DNA of 64,000 nt from the human T2T-CHM13v2.0 reference genome, Homo sapiens (GCF_009914755.1 NC_060925.1), one strand, 5' to 3'; positions 1 through 14,700 are shown, counted from the first letter of the stretch. Numbers and translations: made by a program. The notes: generated by a model not told the origin, from the letters alone.

Positions 1-1572
1 ATGGAATCATCTTCTAATGGAAAGGAATGGAATCATCGCATAGAATCGAATGGAATTATCATCGAATGGAATCGAATGGTATCAACACCAAACGGAAAAA
101 TACGGAATTATCGAATGGAATCGAAGAGAATCTTCGAACGGACCCGAATGGAATCATCTAATGGAATGGAATGGAATAATCCATGGACTCGAATGCAATC
201 ATCATCGAATGGAATGGAATGGAATCATCGAATGGACTCGAATGGAATAATCATTGAACGGAATCGAATGGAATCATCATCGGATGGAAACGAATGGAAT
301 CATCATCGAATGGAAATGAAAGGAGTCATCATCTAATGGAATTGCATGGAATCATCATAAAATGGAATCGAATGGAATCAACATCAAATGGAATCAAATG
401 GAATCATTGAACGGAATTGAATGGAATCGTCATCGAATGAATTGACTGCAATCATCGAATGGTCTCGAATGGAATCATCTTCAAATGGAATGGAATGGAA
501 TCATCGCATAGAATCGAATGGAATTATCATCGAATGGAATCGAATGGAATCAACATCAAACGGAAAAAAACGGAATTATCGAATGGAATCGAAGAGAATC
601 ATCGAATGGACCCGAATGGAATCATCTAATGGAATGGAATGGAATAATCCATGGACTCGAATGCAATCATCATCGAATGGAATCGAATGGAATCATCGAA
701 TGGACTCGAATGGAATAATCATTGAACGGAATCGAATGGAATCATCATCGGATGGAAATGAATGGAATCATCATCGAATGGAATCGAATAGAATTATGGA
801 ATGAAATCCAGTGTGATCATCATCGAATGGACCCGAATGGAATCATCATCCAACGGAAGCTAATGGAATCAACATCGAATGAATCGAATGGAAACACCAT
901 CGAATTGAAACGAATGGAATTATCATGAAATTGAAATGGATGGACTCATCATCGAATGGATTCGAATGGAATCATCGAATAAAATTGATTGAAATCATCA
1001 TCCAATGGAATCGAATGGTATCATTGAATGGAAACGAATGGAATCATCATCAGATGGAAATGAATGGAATCGTCATAGAATGGAATCGAATGGATTCATT
1101 GAATGGAATCAGATGGAATCATCGAATGGACTGGAATGGAATCATTGAATGGACTCGAAAGGGATCATGATTGAATGGAATCGAATGGAATCACCGAATA
1201 GAATCGAATGGAACAATCATCGAATGGACTCAAATGGAATTATCCTCAAATGGAATCGAATGGAATTATCGAATGCAATCGAATGGAATTATCGAATGCA
1301 ATCGAATAGAATCATCGAATGGACTCGAATGGAATCATCGAATGGAATGGAGTGGAACAGTCAATGAACTCGAATGGAATCATCATTGATTGGAATCGAA
1401 TGGAATCATCGAGTGGAATCGAATGGAATTATGATCAAATGGAATCGAATGTAATCATCATCAAATGGAATCAAAAATAACCATCATCAATTGGTATTGA
1501 ATGGAATTGTCATCAAATGGAATTCAAAGGAATCATCATCAAATGGAACCGAATGGAATCCTCATTGAATGG

Positions 1573-2508
1573 AAATGAAAGGGGTCATCATCTAATGGAA
1601 TCGCATGGAATCATCATCAAATGGAATCGAATGGAATCATCATCAAATGGAATCTAATGGAATCATTGAACAGAATTGAATGGAATCGTCATCGAATGAA
1701 TTGAATGCAATCATCGAATGGTCTCGAATGGAATCATCTTCTAATGGAAAGGAATGGAATCATCGCATAGAATCGAATGGAATTATCATCGAATGGAATC
1801 GAATGGTATCAACACCAAACGGAAAAAAACGGAATTATCGAATGGAATCGAAGAGAATCTTCGAACGGACCCGAATGGAATCATCTAATGGAATGGAATG
1901 GAATAATCCATGGACTCGAATGCAATCATCATCGAATGGAATCGAATGGAGTCATCGAATGGACTCGAATGGAATAATCATTGAACGGAATCGAATGGAA
2001 TCATCATCGGATGGAAACGAATGGAATCATCATCGAATGGAAATGAAAGGAGTCATCATCTAATGGAATTGCATGGAATCATCATAAAATGGAATCGAAT
2101 GGAATCAACATCAAATGGAATCAAATGGAATCATTGAACGGAATTGAATGGAATCGTCATCGAATGAATTGACTGCAATCATCGAATGGTCTCGAATGGA
2201 ATCATCTTCAAATGGAATGGAATGGAATCATCGCATAGAATCGAATGGAATTATCATCGAATGGAATCGAATGGAATCAACATCAAACGGAAAAAAACAG
2301 AATTATCGTATGGAATCGAAGAGAATCATCGAATGGACCCGAATGGAATCATCTAATGGAATGGAATGGAATAATCCATGGACTCGAATGCAATCATCAT
2401 CGAATGGAATCGAATGGAATCATCGAATGGACTCGAATGGAATAATCATTGAACGGAATCGAATGGAATCATCATCGGATGGAAATGAATGGAATCATCA
2501 TCGAATGG
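1573..2508. repeat. Internal tandem duplication of a 468-bp module present in every unit
   Basis: AAATGAAAGGGGTCATC (1573) recurs as AAATGAAAGGAGTCATC (2041). ORFs at 1680 and 2148 are near-identical and 468 bp apart. Fixed differences between modules include AATGCA/ACTGCA, TTCTAATGGAAAG/TTCAAATGGAATG, GTATCAACACC/GAATCAACATC and TCTTCGAACGG/TCATCGAATGG. Boundaries are approximate. Confidence 0.93.
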
Positions 2509-3455
2509 AATCGAATAGAATTATGGAATGAAATCCAGTGTGATCATCATCGAATGGACCCGAATGGAATCATCATCCAACGGAAGCTAATGGAATCAAC
2601 ATCGAATGAATCGAATGGAAACACCATCGAATTGAAACGAATGGAATTATCATGAAATTGAAATGGATGGACACATCATCGAATGGATTCGAATGGAATC
2701 ATCGAATAAAATTGATTGAAATCATCATCCAATGGAATCGAATGGTATCATTGAATGGAATCGAATGGAATCATCATCAGATGGAAATGAATGGAATCGT
2801 CATAGAATGGAATCGAATGGATTCATTGAATGGAATCAGATGGAATCATCGAATGGACTGGAATGGAATCATTGAATGGACTCGAAAGGGATCATGATTG
2901 AATGGAATTGAATGGAATCATCGAATGGTCTCGATTGGAATCATTATCAAATGGAATCGAATGGAATCACCGAATAGAATCGAATGGAACAATCATCGAA
3001 TGGACTCAAATGGAATTATCCTCCAATGGAATCGAATGGAATTATCGAATGCAATCGAATGGAATTATCGAATGCAATCGAATAGAATCATCGAATGGAC
3101 TCGAATGGAATCATCGAATGGAATGGAATGGAACAGTCAATGAACTCGAATGGAATCATCATTGAATGGAATCGAATGGAATCATCGAGTGGAATCGAAT
3201 GGAATTATGATCAAATGGAATCGAATGTAATCATCATCAAATGGAATCAAAAATAACCATCATCAATTGGTATTGAATGGAATTGTCATCAAATGGAATT
3301 CAAAGGAATCATCATCAAATGGAACCGAATGGAATCCTCATTGAATGGAAATGAAAGGGGTCATCATCTAATGGAATCGCATGGAATCATCATCAAATGG
3401 AATCGAATGGAATCATCATCAAATGGAATCTAATGGAATCATTGAACAGAATTGA
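1680..3455. repeat. Representative full-length 1,776-bp repeat unit (phase chosen arbitrarily)
   Basis: Unit starts at 1680, 3456 and 5232 are 1,776 apart. Once-per-unit landmarks include GAAATCCAGTGTGAT, CCAACGGAAGCTAA, GGAACAGTCAATGAAC, TCAAAAATAACC and GAATTC (e.g. 1520-1525). Confidence 0.97.
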
Positions 3456-6400
3456 ATGGAATCGTCATCGAATGAATTGAATGCAATCATCGAATGGTCT
3501 CGAATGGAATCATCTTCTAATGGAAAGGAATGGAATCATCGCATAGAATCGAATGGAATTATCATCGAATGGAATCGAATGGTATCAACACCAAACGGAA
3601 AAATACGGAATTATCGAATGGAATCGAAGAGAATCTTCGAACGGACCCGAATGGAATCATCTAATGGAATGGAATGGAATAATCCATGGACTCGAATGCA
3701 ATCATCATCGAATGGAATGGAATGGAATCATCGAATGGACTCGAATGGAATAATAATTGAACGGAATCGAATGGAATCATCATCGGATGGAAACGAATGG
3801 AATCATCATCGAATGGAAATGAAAGGAGTCATCATCTAATGGAATTGCATGGAATCATCATAAAATGGAATCGAATGGAATCAACATCAAATGGAATCAA
3901 ATGGAATCATTGAACGGAATTGAATGGAATCGTCATCGAATGAATTGACTGCAATCATCGAATGGTCTCGAATGGAATCATCTTCAAATGGAATGGAATG
4001 GAATCATCGCATAGAATCGAATGGAATTATCATCGAATGGAATCGAATGGAATCAACATCAAACGGAAAAAAACGGAATTATCGAATGGAATCGAAGAGA
4101 ATCATCGAATGGACCCGAATGGAATCATCTAATGGAATGGAATGGAATAATCCATGGACTCGAATGCAATCATCATCGAATGGAATCGAATGGAATCATC
4201 GAATGGACTCGAATGGAATAATCATTGAACGGAATCGAATGGAATCATCATCGGATGGAAATGAATGGAATCATCATCGAATGGAATCGAATAGAATTAT
4301 GGAATGAAATCCAGTGTGATCATCATCGAATGGACCCGAATGGAATCATCATCCAACGGAAGCTAATGGAATCAACATCGAATGAATCGAATGGAAACAC
4401 CATCGAATTGAAACGAATGGAATTATCATGAAATTGAAATGGATGGACTCATCATCGAATGGATTCGAATGGAATCATCGAATAAAATTGATTGAAATCA
4501 TCATCCAATGGAATCGAATGGTATCATTGAATGGAAACGAATGGAATCATCATCAGATGGAAATGAATGGAATCGTCATAGAATGGAATCGAATGGATTC
4601 ATTGAATGGAATCAGATGGAATCATCGAATGGACTGGAATGGAATCATTGAATGGACTCGAAAGGGATCATGATTGAATGGAATTGAATGGAATCATCGA
4701 ATGGTCTCGATTGGAATCATTATCAAATGGAATCGAATGGAATCACCGAATAGAATCGAATGGAACAATCATCGAATGGACTCAAATGGAATTATCCTCC
4801 AATGGAATCGAATGGAATTATCGAATGCAATCGAATGGAATTATCGAATGCAATCGAATAGAATCATCGAATGGACTCGAATGGAATCATCGAATGGAAT
4901 GGAATGGAACAGTCAATGAACTCGAATGGAATCATCATTGAATGGAATCGAATGGAATCATCGAGTGGAATCGAATGGAATTATGATCAAATGGAATCGA
5001 ATGTAATCCTCATCAAATGGAATCAAAAATAACCATCATCAATTGGTATTGAATGGAATTGTCATCAAATGGAATTCAAAGGAATCATCATCAAATGGAA
5101 CCGAATGGAATCCTCATTGAATGGAAATGAAAGGGGTCATCATCTAATGGAATCGCATGGAATCATCATCAAATGGAATCGAATGGAATCATCATCAAAT
5201 GGAATCTAATGGAATCATTGAACAGAATTGAATGGAATCGTCATCGAATGAATTGAATGCAATCATCGAATGGTCTCGAATGGAATCATCTTCTAATGGA
5301 AAGGAATGGAATCATCGCATAGAATCGAATGGAATTATCATCGAATGGAATCGAATGGTATCAACACCAAACGGAAAAATACGGAATTATCGAATGGAAT
5401 CGAAGAGAATCTTCGAACGGACCCGAATGGAATCATCTAATGGAATGGAATGGAATAATCCATGGACTCGAATGCAATCATCATCGAATGGAATGGAATG
5501 GAATCATCGAATGGACTCGAATGGAATAATCATTGAACGAAATCGAATGGAATCATCATCGGATGGAAACGAATGGAATCATCATCGAATGGAAATGAAA
5601 GGAGTCATCATCTAATGGAATTGCATGGAATCATCATAAAATGGAATCGAATGGAATCAACATCAAATGGAATCAAATGGAATCATTGAACGGAATTGAA
5701 TGGAATCGTCATCGAATGAATTGACTGCAATCATCGAATGGTCTCGAATGGAATCATCTTCAAATGGAATGGAATGGAATCATCGCATAGAATCGAATGG
5801 AATTATCATCGAATGGAATCGAATGGAATCAACATCAAACGGAAAAAAACGGAATTATCGAATGGAATCGAAGAGAATCATCGAATGGACCCGAATGGAA
5901 TCATCTAATGGAATGGAATGGAATAATCCATGGACTCGAATGCAATCATCATCGAATGGAATCGAATGGAATCATCGAATGGACTCGAATGGAATAATCA
6001 TTGAACGGAATCGAATGGAATCATCATCGGATGGAAATGAATGGAATCATCATCGAATGGAATCGAATAGAATTATGGAATGAAATCCAGTGTGATCATC
6101 ATCGAATGGACCCGAATGGAATCATCATCCAACGGAAGCTAATGGAATCAACATCGAATGAATCGAATGGAAACACCATCGAATTGAAACGAATGGAATT
6201 ATCATGAAATTGAAATGGATGGACTCATCATCGAATGGATTCGAATGGAATCATCGAATAAAATTGATTGAAATCATCATCCAATGGAATCGAATGGTAT
6301 CATTGAATGGAAACGAATGGAATCATCATCAGATGGAAATGAATGGAATCGTCATAGAATGGAATCGAATGGATTCATTGAATGGAATCAGATGGAATCA

Positions 6401-8734
6401 TCGAATGGACTGGAATGGAATCATTGAATGGACTCGAAAGGGATCATGATTGAATGGAATCGAATGGAATCACCGAATAGAATCGAATGGAACAATCATC
6501 GAATGGACTCAAATGGAATTATCCTCAAATGGAATCGAATGGAATTATCGAATGCAATCGAATGGAATTATCGAATGCAATCGAATAGAATCATCGAATG
6601 GACTCGAATGGAATCATCGAATGGAATGGAATGGAACAGTCAATGAACTCGAATGGAATCATCATTGATTGGAATCGAATGGAATCATCGAGTGGAATCG
6701 AATGGAATTATGATCAAATGGAATCGAATGTAATCATCATCAAATGGAATCAAAAATAACCATCATCAATTGGTATTGAATGGAATTGTCATCAAATGGA
6801 ATTCAAAGGAATCATCATCAAATGGAACCGAATGGAATCCTCATTGAATGGAAATGAAAGGGGTCATCATCTAATGGAATCGCATGGAATCATCATCAAA
6901 TGGAATCGAATGGAATCATCATCAAATGGAATCTAATGGAATCATTGAACAGAATTGAATGGAATCGTCATCGAATGAATTGAATGCAATCATCGAATGG
7001 TCTCGAATGGAATCATCTTCTAATGGAAAGGAATGGAATCATCGCATAGAATCGAATGGAATTATCATCGAATGGAATCGAATGGTATCAACACCAAACG
7101 GAAAAAAACGGAATTATCGAATGGAATCGAAGAGAATCTTCGAACGGACCCGAATGGAATCATCTAATGGAATGGAATGGAATAATCCATGGACTCGAAT
7201 GCAATCATCATCGAATGGAATCGAATGGAGTCATCGAATGGACTCGAATGGAATAATCATTGAACGGAATCGAATGGAATCATCATCGGATGGAAACGAA
7301 TGGAATCATCATCGAATGGAAATGAAAGGAGTCATCATCTAATGGAATTGCATGGAATCATCATAAAATGGAATCGAATGGAATCAACATCAAATGGAAT
7401 CAAATGGAATCATTGAACGGAATTGAATGGAATCGTCATCGAATGAATTGACTGCAATCATCGAATGGTCTCGAATGGAATCATCTTCAAATGGAATGGA
7501 ATGGAATCATCGCATAGAATCGAATGGAATTATCATCGAATGGAATCGAATGGAATCAACATCAAACGGAAAAAAACAGAATTATCGTATGGAATCGAAG
7601 AGAATCATCGAATGGACCCGAATGGAATCATCTAATGGAATGGAATGGAATAATCCATGGACTCGAATGCAATCATCATCGAATGGAATCGAATGGAATC
7701 ATCGAATGGACTCGAATGGAATAATCATTGAACGGAATCGAATGGAATCATCATCGGATGGAAATGAATGGAATCATCATCGAATGGAATCGAATAGAAT
7801 TATGGAATGAAATCCAGTGTGATCATCATCGAATGGACCCGAATGGAATCATCATCCAACGGAAGCTAATGGAATCAACATCGAATGAATCGAATGGAAA
7901 CACCATCGAATTGAAACGAATGGAATTATCATGAAATTGAAATGGATGGACACATCATCGAATGGATTCGAATGGAATCATCGAATAAAATTGATTGAAA
8001 TCATCATCCAATGGAATCGAATGGTATCATTGAATGGAATCGAATGGAATCATCATCAGATGGAAATGAATGGAATCGTCATAGAATGGAATCGAATGGA
8101 TTCATTGAATGGAATCAGATGGAATCATCGAATGGACTGGAATGGAATCATTGAATGGACTCGAAAGGGATCATTATTGAATGGAATTGAATGGAATCAT
8201 CGAATGGTCTCGATTGGAATCATTATCAAATGGAATCGAATGGAATCACCGAATAGAATCGAATGGAACAATCATCGAATGGACTCAAATGGAATTATCC
8301 TCCAATGGAATCGAATGGAATTATCGAATGCAATCGAATGGAATTATCGAATGCAATCGAATAGAATCATCGAATGGACTCGAATGGAATCATCGAATGG
8401 AATGGAATGGAACAGTCAATGAACTCGAATGGAATCATCATTGAATGGAATCGAATGGAATCATCGAGTGGAATCGAATGGAATTATGATCAAATGGAAT
8501 CGAATGTAATCATCATCAAATGGAATCAAAAATAACCATCATCAATTGGTATTGAATGGAATTGTCATCAAATGGAATTCAAAGGAATCATCATCAAATG
8601 GAACCGAATGGAATCCTCATTGAATGGAAATGAAAGGGGTCATCATCTAATGGAATCGCATGGAATCATCATCAAATGGAATCGAATGGAATCATCATCA
8701 AATGGAATCTAATGGAATCATTGAACAGAATTGA

Positions 8735-11700
8735 ATGGAATCGTCATCGAATGAATTGAATGCAATCATCGAATGGTCTCGAATGGAATCATCTTCTAAT
8801 GGAAAGGAATGGAATCATCGCATAGAATCGAATGGAATTATCATCGAATGGAATCGAATGGTATCAACACCAAACGGAAAAATACGGAATTATCGAATGG
8901 AATCGAAGAGAATCTTCGAACGGACCCGAATGGAATCATCTAATGGAATGGAATGGAATAATCCATGGACTCGAATGCAATCATCATCGAATGGAATGGA
9001 ATGGAATCATCGAATGGACTCGAATGGAATAATAATTGAACGGAATCGAATGGAATCATCATCGGATGGAAACGAATGGAATCATCATCGAATGGAAATG
9101 AAAGGAGTCATCATCTAATGGAATTGCATGGAATCATCATAAAATGGAATCGAATGGAATCAACATCAAATGGAATCAAATGGAATCATTGAACGGAATT
9201 GAATGGAATCGTCATCGAATGAATTGACTGCAATCATCGAATGGTCTCGAATGGAATCATCTTCAAATGGAATGGAATGGAATCATCGCATAGAATCGAA
9301 TGGAATTATCATCGAATGGAATCGAATGGAATCAACATCAAACGGAAAAAAACGGAATTATCGAATGGAATCGAAGAGAATCATCGAATGGACCCGAATG
9401 GAATCATCTAATGGAATGGAATGGAATAATCCATGGACTCGAATGCAATCATCATCGAATGGAATCGAATGGAATCATCGAATGGACTCGAATGGAATAA
9501 TCATTGAACGGAATCGAATGGAATCATCATCGGATGGAAATGAATGGAATCATCATCGAATGGAATCGAATAGAATTATGGAATGAAATCCAGTGTGATC
9601 ATCATCGAATGGACCCGAATGGAATCATCATCCAACGGAAGCTAATGGAATCAACATCGAATGAATCGAATGGAAACACCATCGAATTGAAACGAATGGA
9701 ATTATCATGAAATTGAAATGGATGGACTCATCATCGAATGGATTCGAATGGAATCATCGAATAAAATTGATTGAAATCATCATCCAATGGAATCGAATGG
9801 TATCATTGAATGGAAACGAATGGAATCATCATCAGATGGAAATGAATGGAATCGTCATAGAATGGAATCGAATGGATTCATTGAATGGAATCAGATGGAA
9901 TCATCGAATGGACTGGAATGGAATCATTGAATGGACTCGAAAGGGATCATGATTGAATGGAATTGAATGGAATCATCGAATGGTCTCGATTGGAATCATT
10001 ATCAAATGGAATCGAATGGAATCACCGAATAGAATCGAATGGAACAATCATCGAATGGACTCAAATGGAATTATCCTCCAATGGAATCGAATGGAATTAT
10101 CGAATGCAATCGAATGGAATTATCGAATGCAATCGAATAGAATCATCGAATGGACTCGAATGGAATCATCGAATGGAATGGAATGGAACAGTCAATGAAC
10201 TCGAATGGAATCATCATTGAATGGAATCGAATGGAATCATCGAGTGGAATCGAATGGAATTATGATCAAATGGAATCGAATGTAATCATCATCAAATGGA
10301 ATCAAAAATAACCATCATCAATTGGTATTGAATGGAATTGTCATCAAATGGAATTCAAAGGAATCATCATCAAATGGAACCGAATGGAATCCTCATTGAA
10401 TGGAAATGAAAGGGGTCATCATCTAATGGAATCGCATGGAATCATCATCAAATGGAATCGAATGGAATCATCATCAAATGGAATCTAATGGAATCATTGA
10501 ACAGAATTGAATGGAATCGTCATCGAATGAATTGAATGCAATCATCGAATGGTCTCGAATGGAATCATCTTCTAATGGAAAGGAATGGAATCATCGCATA
10601 GAATCGAATGGAATTATCATCGAATGGAATCAAATGGTATCAACACCAAACGGAAAAAAACGGAATTATCGAATGGAATCGAAGAGAATCTTCGAACGGA
10701 CCCGAATGGAATCATCTAATGGAATGGAATGGAATAATCCATGGACTCGAATGCAATCATCATCGAATGGAATCGAATGGAATCATCGAATGGACTCGAA
10801 TGGAATAATCATTGAAGGGAATCGAATGGAATCATCATCGGATGGAAACGAATGGAATCATCATCGAATGGAAATGAAAGGAGTCATCATCTAATGGAAT
10901 TGCATGGAATCATCATAAAATGGAATCGAATGGAATCCACATCAAATGGAATCAAATGGAATCATTGAACGGAATTGAATGGAATCGTCATCGAATGAAT
11001 TGACTGCAATCATCGAATGGGCTCGAATGGAATCATCTTCAAATGGAATGGAATGGAATCATCGCATAGAATCGAATGGAATTATCATCGAATGGAATCG
11101 AATGGAATCAACATCAAATGGAAAAAAACGGAATTATCGAATGGAATCGAAGAGAATCATCGAATGGACCCGAATGGAATCATCTAATGGAATGGAATGG
11201 AATAATCCATGGACTCGAATGCAATCATCATCGAATGGAATCGAATGGAATCATCGAATGGACTCGAATGGAATAATCATTGAACGGAATCGAATGGAAT
11301 CATCATCGGATGGAAATGAATGGAATCATCATCGAATGGAATCGAATAGAATTATGGAATGAAATCCAGTGTGATCATCATCGAATGGACCCGAATGGAA
11401 TCATCATCCAACGGAAGCTAATGGAATCAACATCGAATGAATCGAATGGAAACACCATCGAATTGAAACGAATGGAATTATCATGAAATTGAAATGGATG
11501 GACTCATCATCGAATGGATTCGAATGGAATCATCGAATAAAATTGATTGAAATCATCATCCAATGGAATCGAATGGTATCATTGAATGGAATCGAATGGA
11601 ATCATCATCAGATGGAAATGAATGGAATCGTCATAGAATGGAATCGAATGGATTCATTGAATGGAATCAGATGGAATCATCGAATGGACTGGAATGGAAT

Positions 11701-14700
11701 CATTGAATGGACTCGAAAGGGATCATGATTGAATGGAATTGAATGGAATCATCGAATGGTCTCGATTGGAATCATTATCAAATGGAATCGAATGGAATCA
11801 CCGAATAGAATCGAATGGAACAATCATCGAATGGACTCAAATGGAATTATCCTCAAATGGAATCGAATGGAATTATCGAATGCAATCGAATGGAATTATC
11901 GAATGCAATCGAATAGAATCATCGAATGGACTCGAATGGAATCATCGAATGGAATGGAATGGAACAGTCAATGAACTCGAATGGAATCATCATTGATTGG
12001 AATCGAATGGAATCATCGAGTGGAATCGAATGGAATTATGATCAAATGGAATCGAATGTAATCATCATCAAATGGAATCAAAAATAACCATCATCAATTG
12101 GTATTGAATGGAATTGTCATCAAATGGAATTCAAAGGAATCATCATCAAATGGAACCGAATGGAATCCTCATTGAATGGAAATGAAAGGGGTCATCATCT
12201 AATGGAATCGCATGGAATCATCATCAAATGGAATCGAATGGAATCATCATCAAATGGAATCTAATGGAATCATTGAACAGAATTGAATGGAATCGTCATC
12301 GAATGAATTGAATGCAATCATCGAATGGTCTCGAATGGAATCATCTTCTAATGGAAAGGAATGGAATCATCGCATAGAATCGAATGGAATTATCATCGAA
12401 TGGAATCGAATGGTATCAACACCAAACGGAAAAAAACGGAATTATCGAATGGAATCGAAGAGAATCTTCGAACGGACCCGAATGGAATCATCTAATGGAA
12501 TGGAATGGAATAATCCATGGACTCGAATGCAATCATCATCGAATGGAATCGAATGGAGTCATCGAATGGACTCGAATGGAATAATCATTGAACGGAATCG
12601 AATGGAATCATCATCGGATGGAAACGAATGGAATCATCATCGAATGGAAATGAAAGGAGTCATCATCTAATGGAATTGCATGGAATCATCATAAAATGCA
12701 ATCGAATGGAATCAACATCAAATGGAATCAAATGGAATCATTGAACGGAATTGAATGGAATCGTCATCGAATGAATTGACTGCAATCTTTGAATGGTCTC
12801 GAATGGAATCATCTTCAAATGGAATGGAATGGAATCATCGCATAGAATCGAATGGAATTATCATCGAATGGAATCGAATGGAATCAACATCAAACGGAAA
12901 AAAACAGAATTATCGTATGGAATCGAAGAGAATCATCGAATGGACCCGAATGGAATCATCTAATGGAATGGAATGGAATAATCCATGGACTCGAATGCAA
13001 TCATCATCGAATGGAATCGAATGGAATCATCGAATGGACTCGAATGGAATAATCATTGAACGGAATCGAATGGAATCATCATCGGATGGAAATGAATGGA
13101 ATCATCATCGAATGGAATCGAATAGAATTATGGAATGAAATCCAGTGTGATCATCATCGAATGGACCCGAATGGAATCATCATCCAACGGAAGCTAATGG
13201 AATCAACATCAAATGAATCGAATGGAAACACCATCGAATTGAAACGAATGGAATTATCATGAAATTGAAATGGATGGACACATCATCGAATGGATTCGAA
13301 TGGAATCATCGAATAAAATTGATTGAAATCATCATCCAATGGAATCGAATGGTATCATTGAATGGAATCGAATGGAATCATCATCAGATGGAAATGAATG
13401 GAATCGTCATAGAATGGAATCGAATGGATTCATTGAATGGAATCAGATGGAATCATCGAATGGACTGGAATGGAATCATTGAATGGACTCGAAAGGGATC
13501 ATGATTGAATGGAATTGAATGGAATCATCGAATGGTCTCGATTGGAATCATTATCAAATGGAATCGAATGGAATCACCGAATAGAATCGAATGGAACAAT
13601 CATCGAATGGACTCAAATGGAATTATCCTCCAATGGAATCGAATGGAATTATCGAATGCAATCGAATGGAATTATCGAATGCAATCGAATAGAATCATCG
13701 AATGGACTCGAATGGAATCATCGAATGGAATGGAATGGAACAGTCAATGAACTCGAATGGAATCATCATTGAATGGAATCGAATGGAATCATCGAGTGGA
13801 ATCGAATGGAATTATGATCAAATGGAATCGAATGTAATCATCATCAAATGGAATCAAAAATAACCATCATCAATTGGTATTGAATGGAATTGTCATCAAA
13901 TGGAATTCAAAGGAATCATCATCAAATGGAACCGAATGGAATCCTCATTGAATGGAAATGAAAGGGGTCATCATCTAATGGAATCGCATGGAATCATCAT
14001 CAAATGGAATCGAATGGAATCATCATCAAATGGAATCTAATGGAATCATTGAACAGAATTGAATGGAATCGTCATCGAATGAATTGAATGCAATCATCGA
14101 ATGGTCTCGAATGGAATCATCTTCTAATGGAAAGGAATGGAATCATCGCATAGAATCGAATGGAATTATCATCGAATGGAATCAAATGGTATCAACACCA
14201 AACGGAAAAAAACGGAATTATCGAATGGAATCGAAGAGAATCTTCGAACGGACCCGAATGGAATCATCTAATGGAATGGAATGGAATAATCCATGGACTC
14301 GAATGCAATCATCATCGAATGGAATGGAATGGAATCATCGAATGGACTCGAATGGAATAATCATTGAACGGAATCGAATGGAATCATCATCGGATGGAAA
14401 CGAATGGAATCATCATCGAATGGAAATGAAAGGAGTCATCATCTAATGGAATTGCATGGAATCATCATAAAATGGAATCGAATGGAATCAACATCAAATG
14501 GAATCAAATGGAATCATTGAACGGAATTGAATGGAATCGTCATCGAATGAATTGACTGCAATCATCGAATGGTCTCGAATGGAATCATCTTCAAATGGAA
14601 TGGAATGGAATCATCGCATAGAATCGAATGGAATTATCATCGAATGGAATCGAATGGAATCAACATCAAACGGAAAAAAACGGAATTATCGAATGGAATC

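Larger units (their letters stand above)
1..10510. repeat. Two copies of a 5,279-bp 3-unit higher-order repeat (1,727 + 1,776 + 1,776)
   Basis: The 49-bp deletion junctions (ORFs at 1171 and 6450) and B-type units (1680 and 6959) are both 5,279 bp apart. A units with AATAATAATTGA occur at 3456 and 8735. Confidence 0.88.

Noticed and set aside
850-862. CAACGGAAG MYB/ETS-like motif once per unit, disrupted in some C units
   Set aside because: A short motif with no promoter context; the loss is an ordinary CpG transition.
978-983. AATAAA polyadenylation-like hexamer once per unit
   Set aside because: No evident GU/U-rich downstream element; a single hexamer per 1.8 kb of A-rich DNA is expected by chance.
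985-997. TGATTGAAATC / TGATTGAATGG as DUX4-like sites (HSATII is a known DUX4 target)
   Set aside because: Only partial matches to TGATTRRRTTA by eye; a PWM scan and ChIP data are needed before any call.
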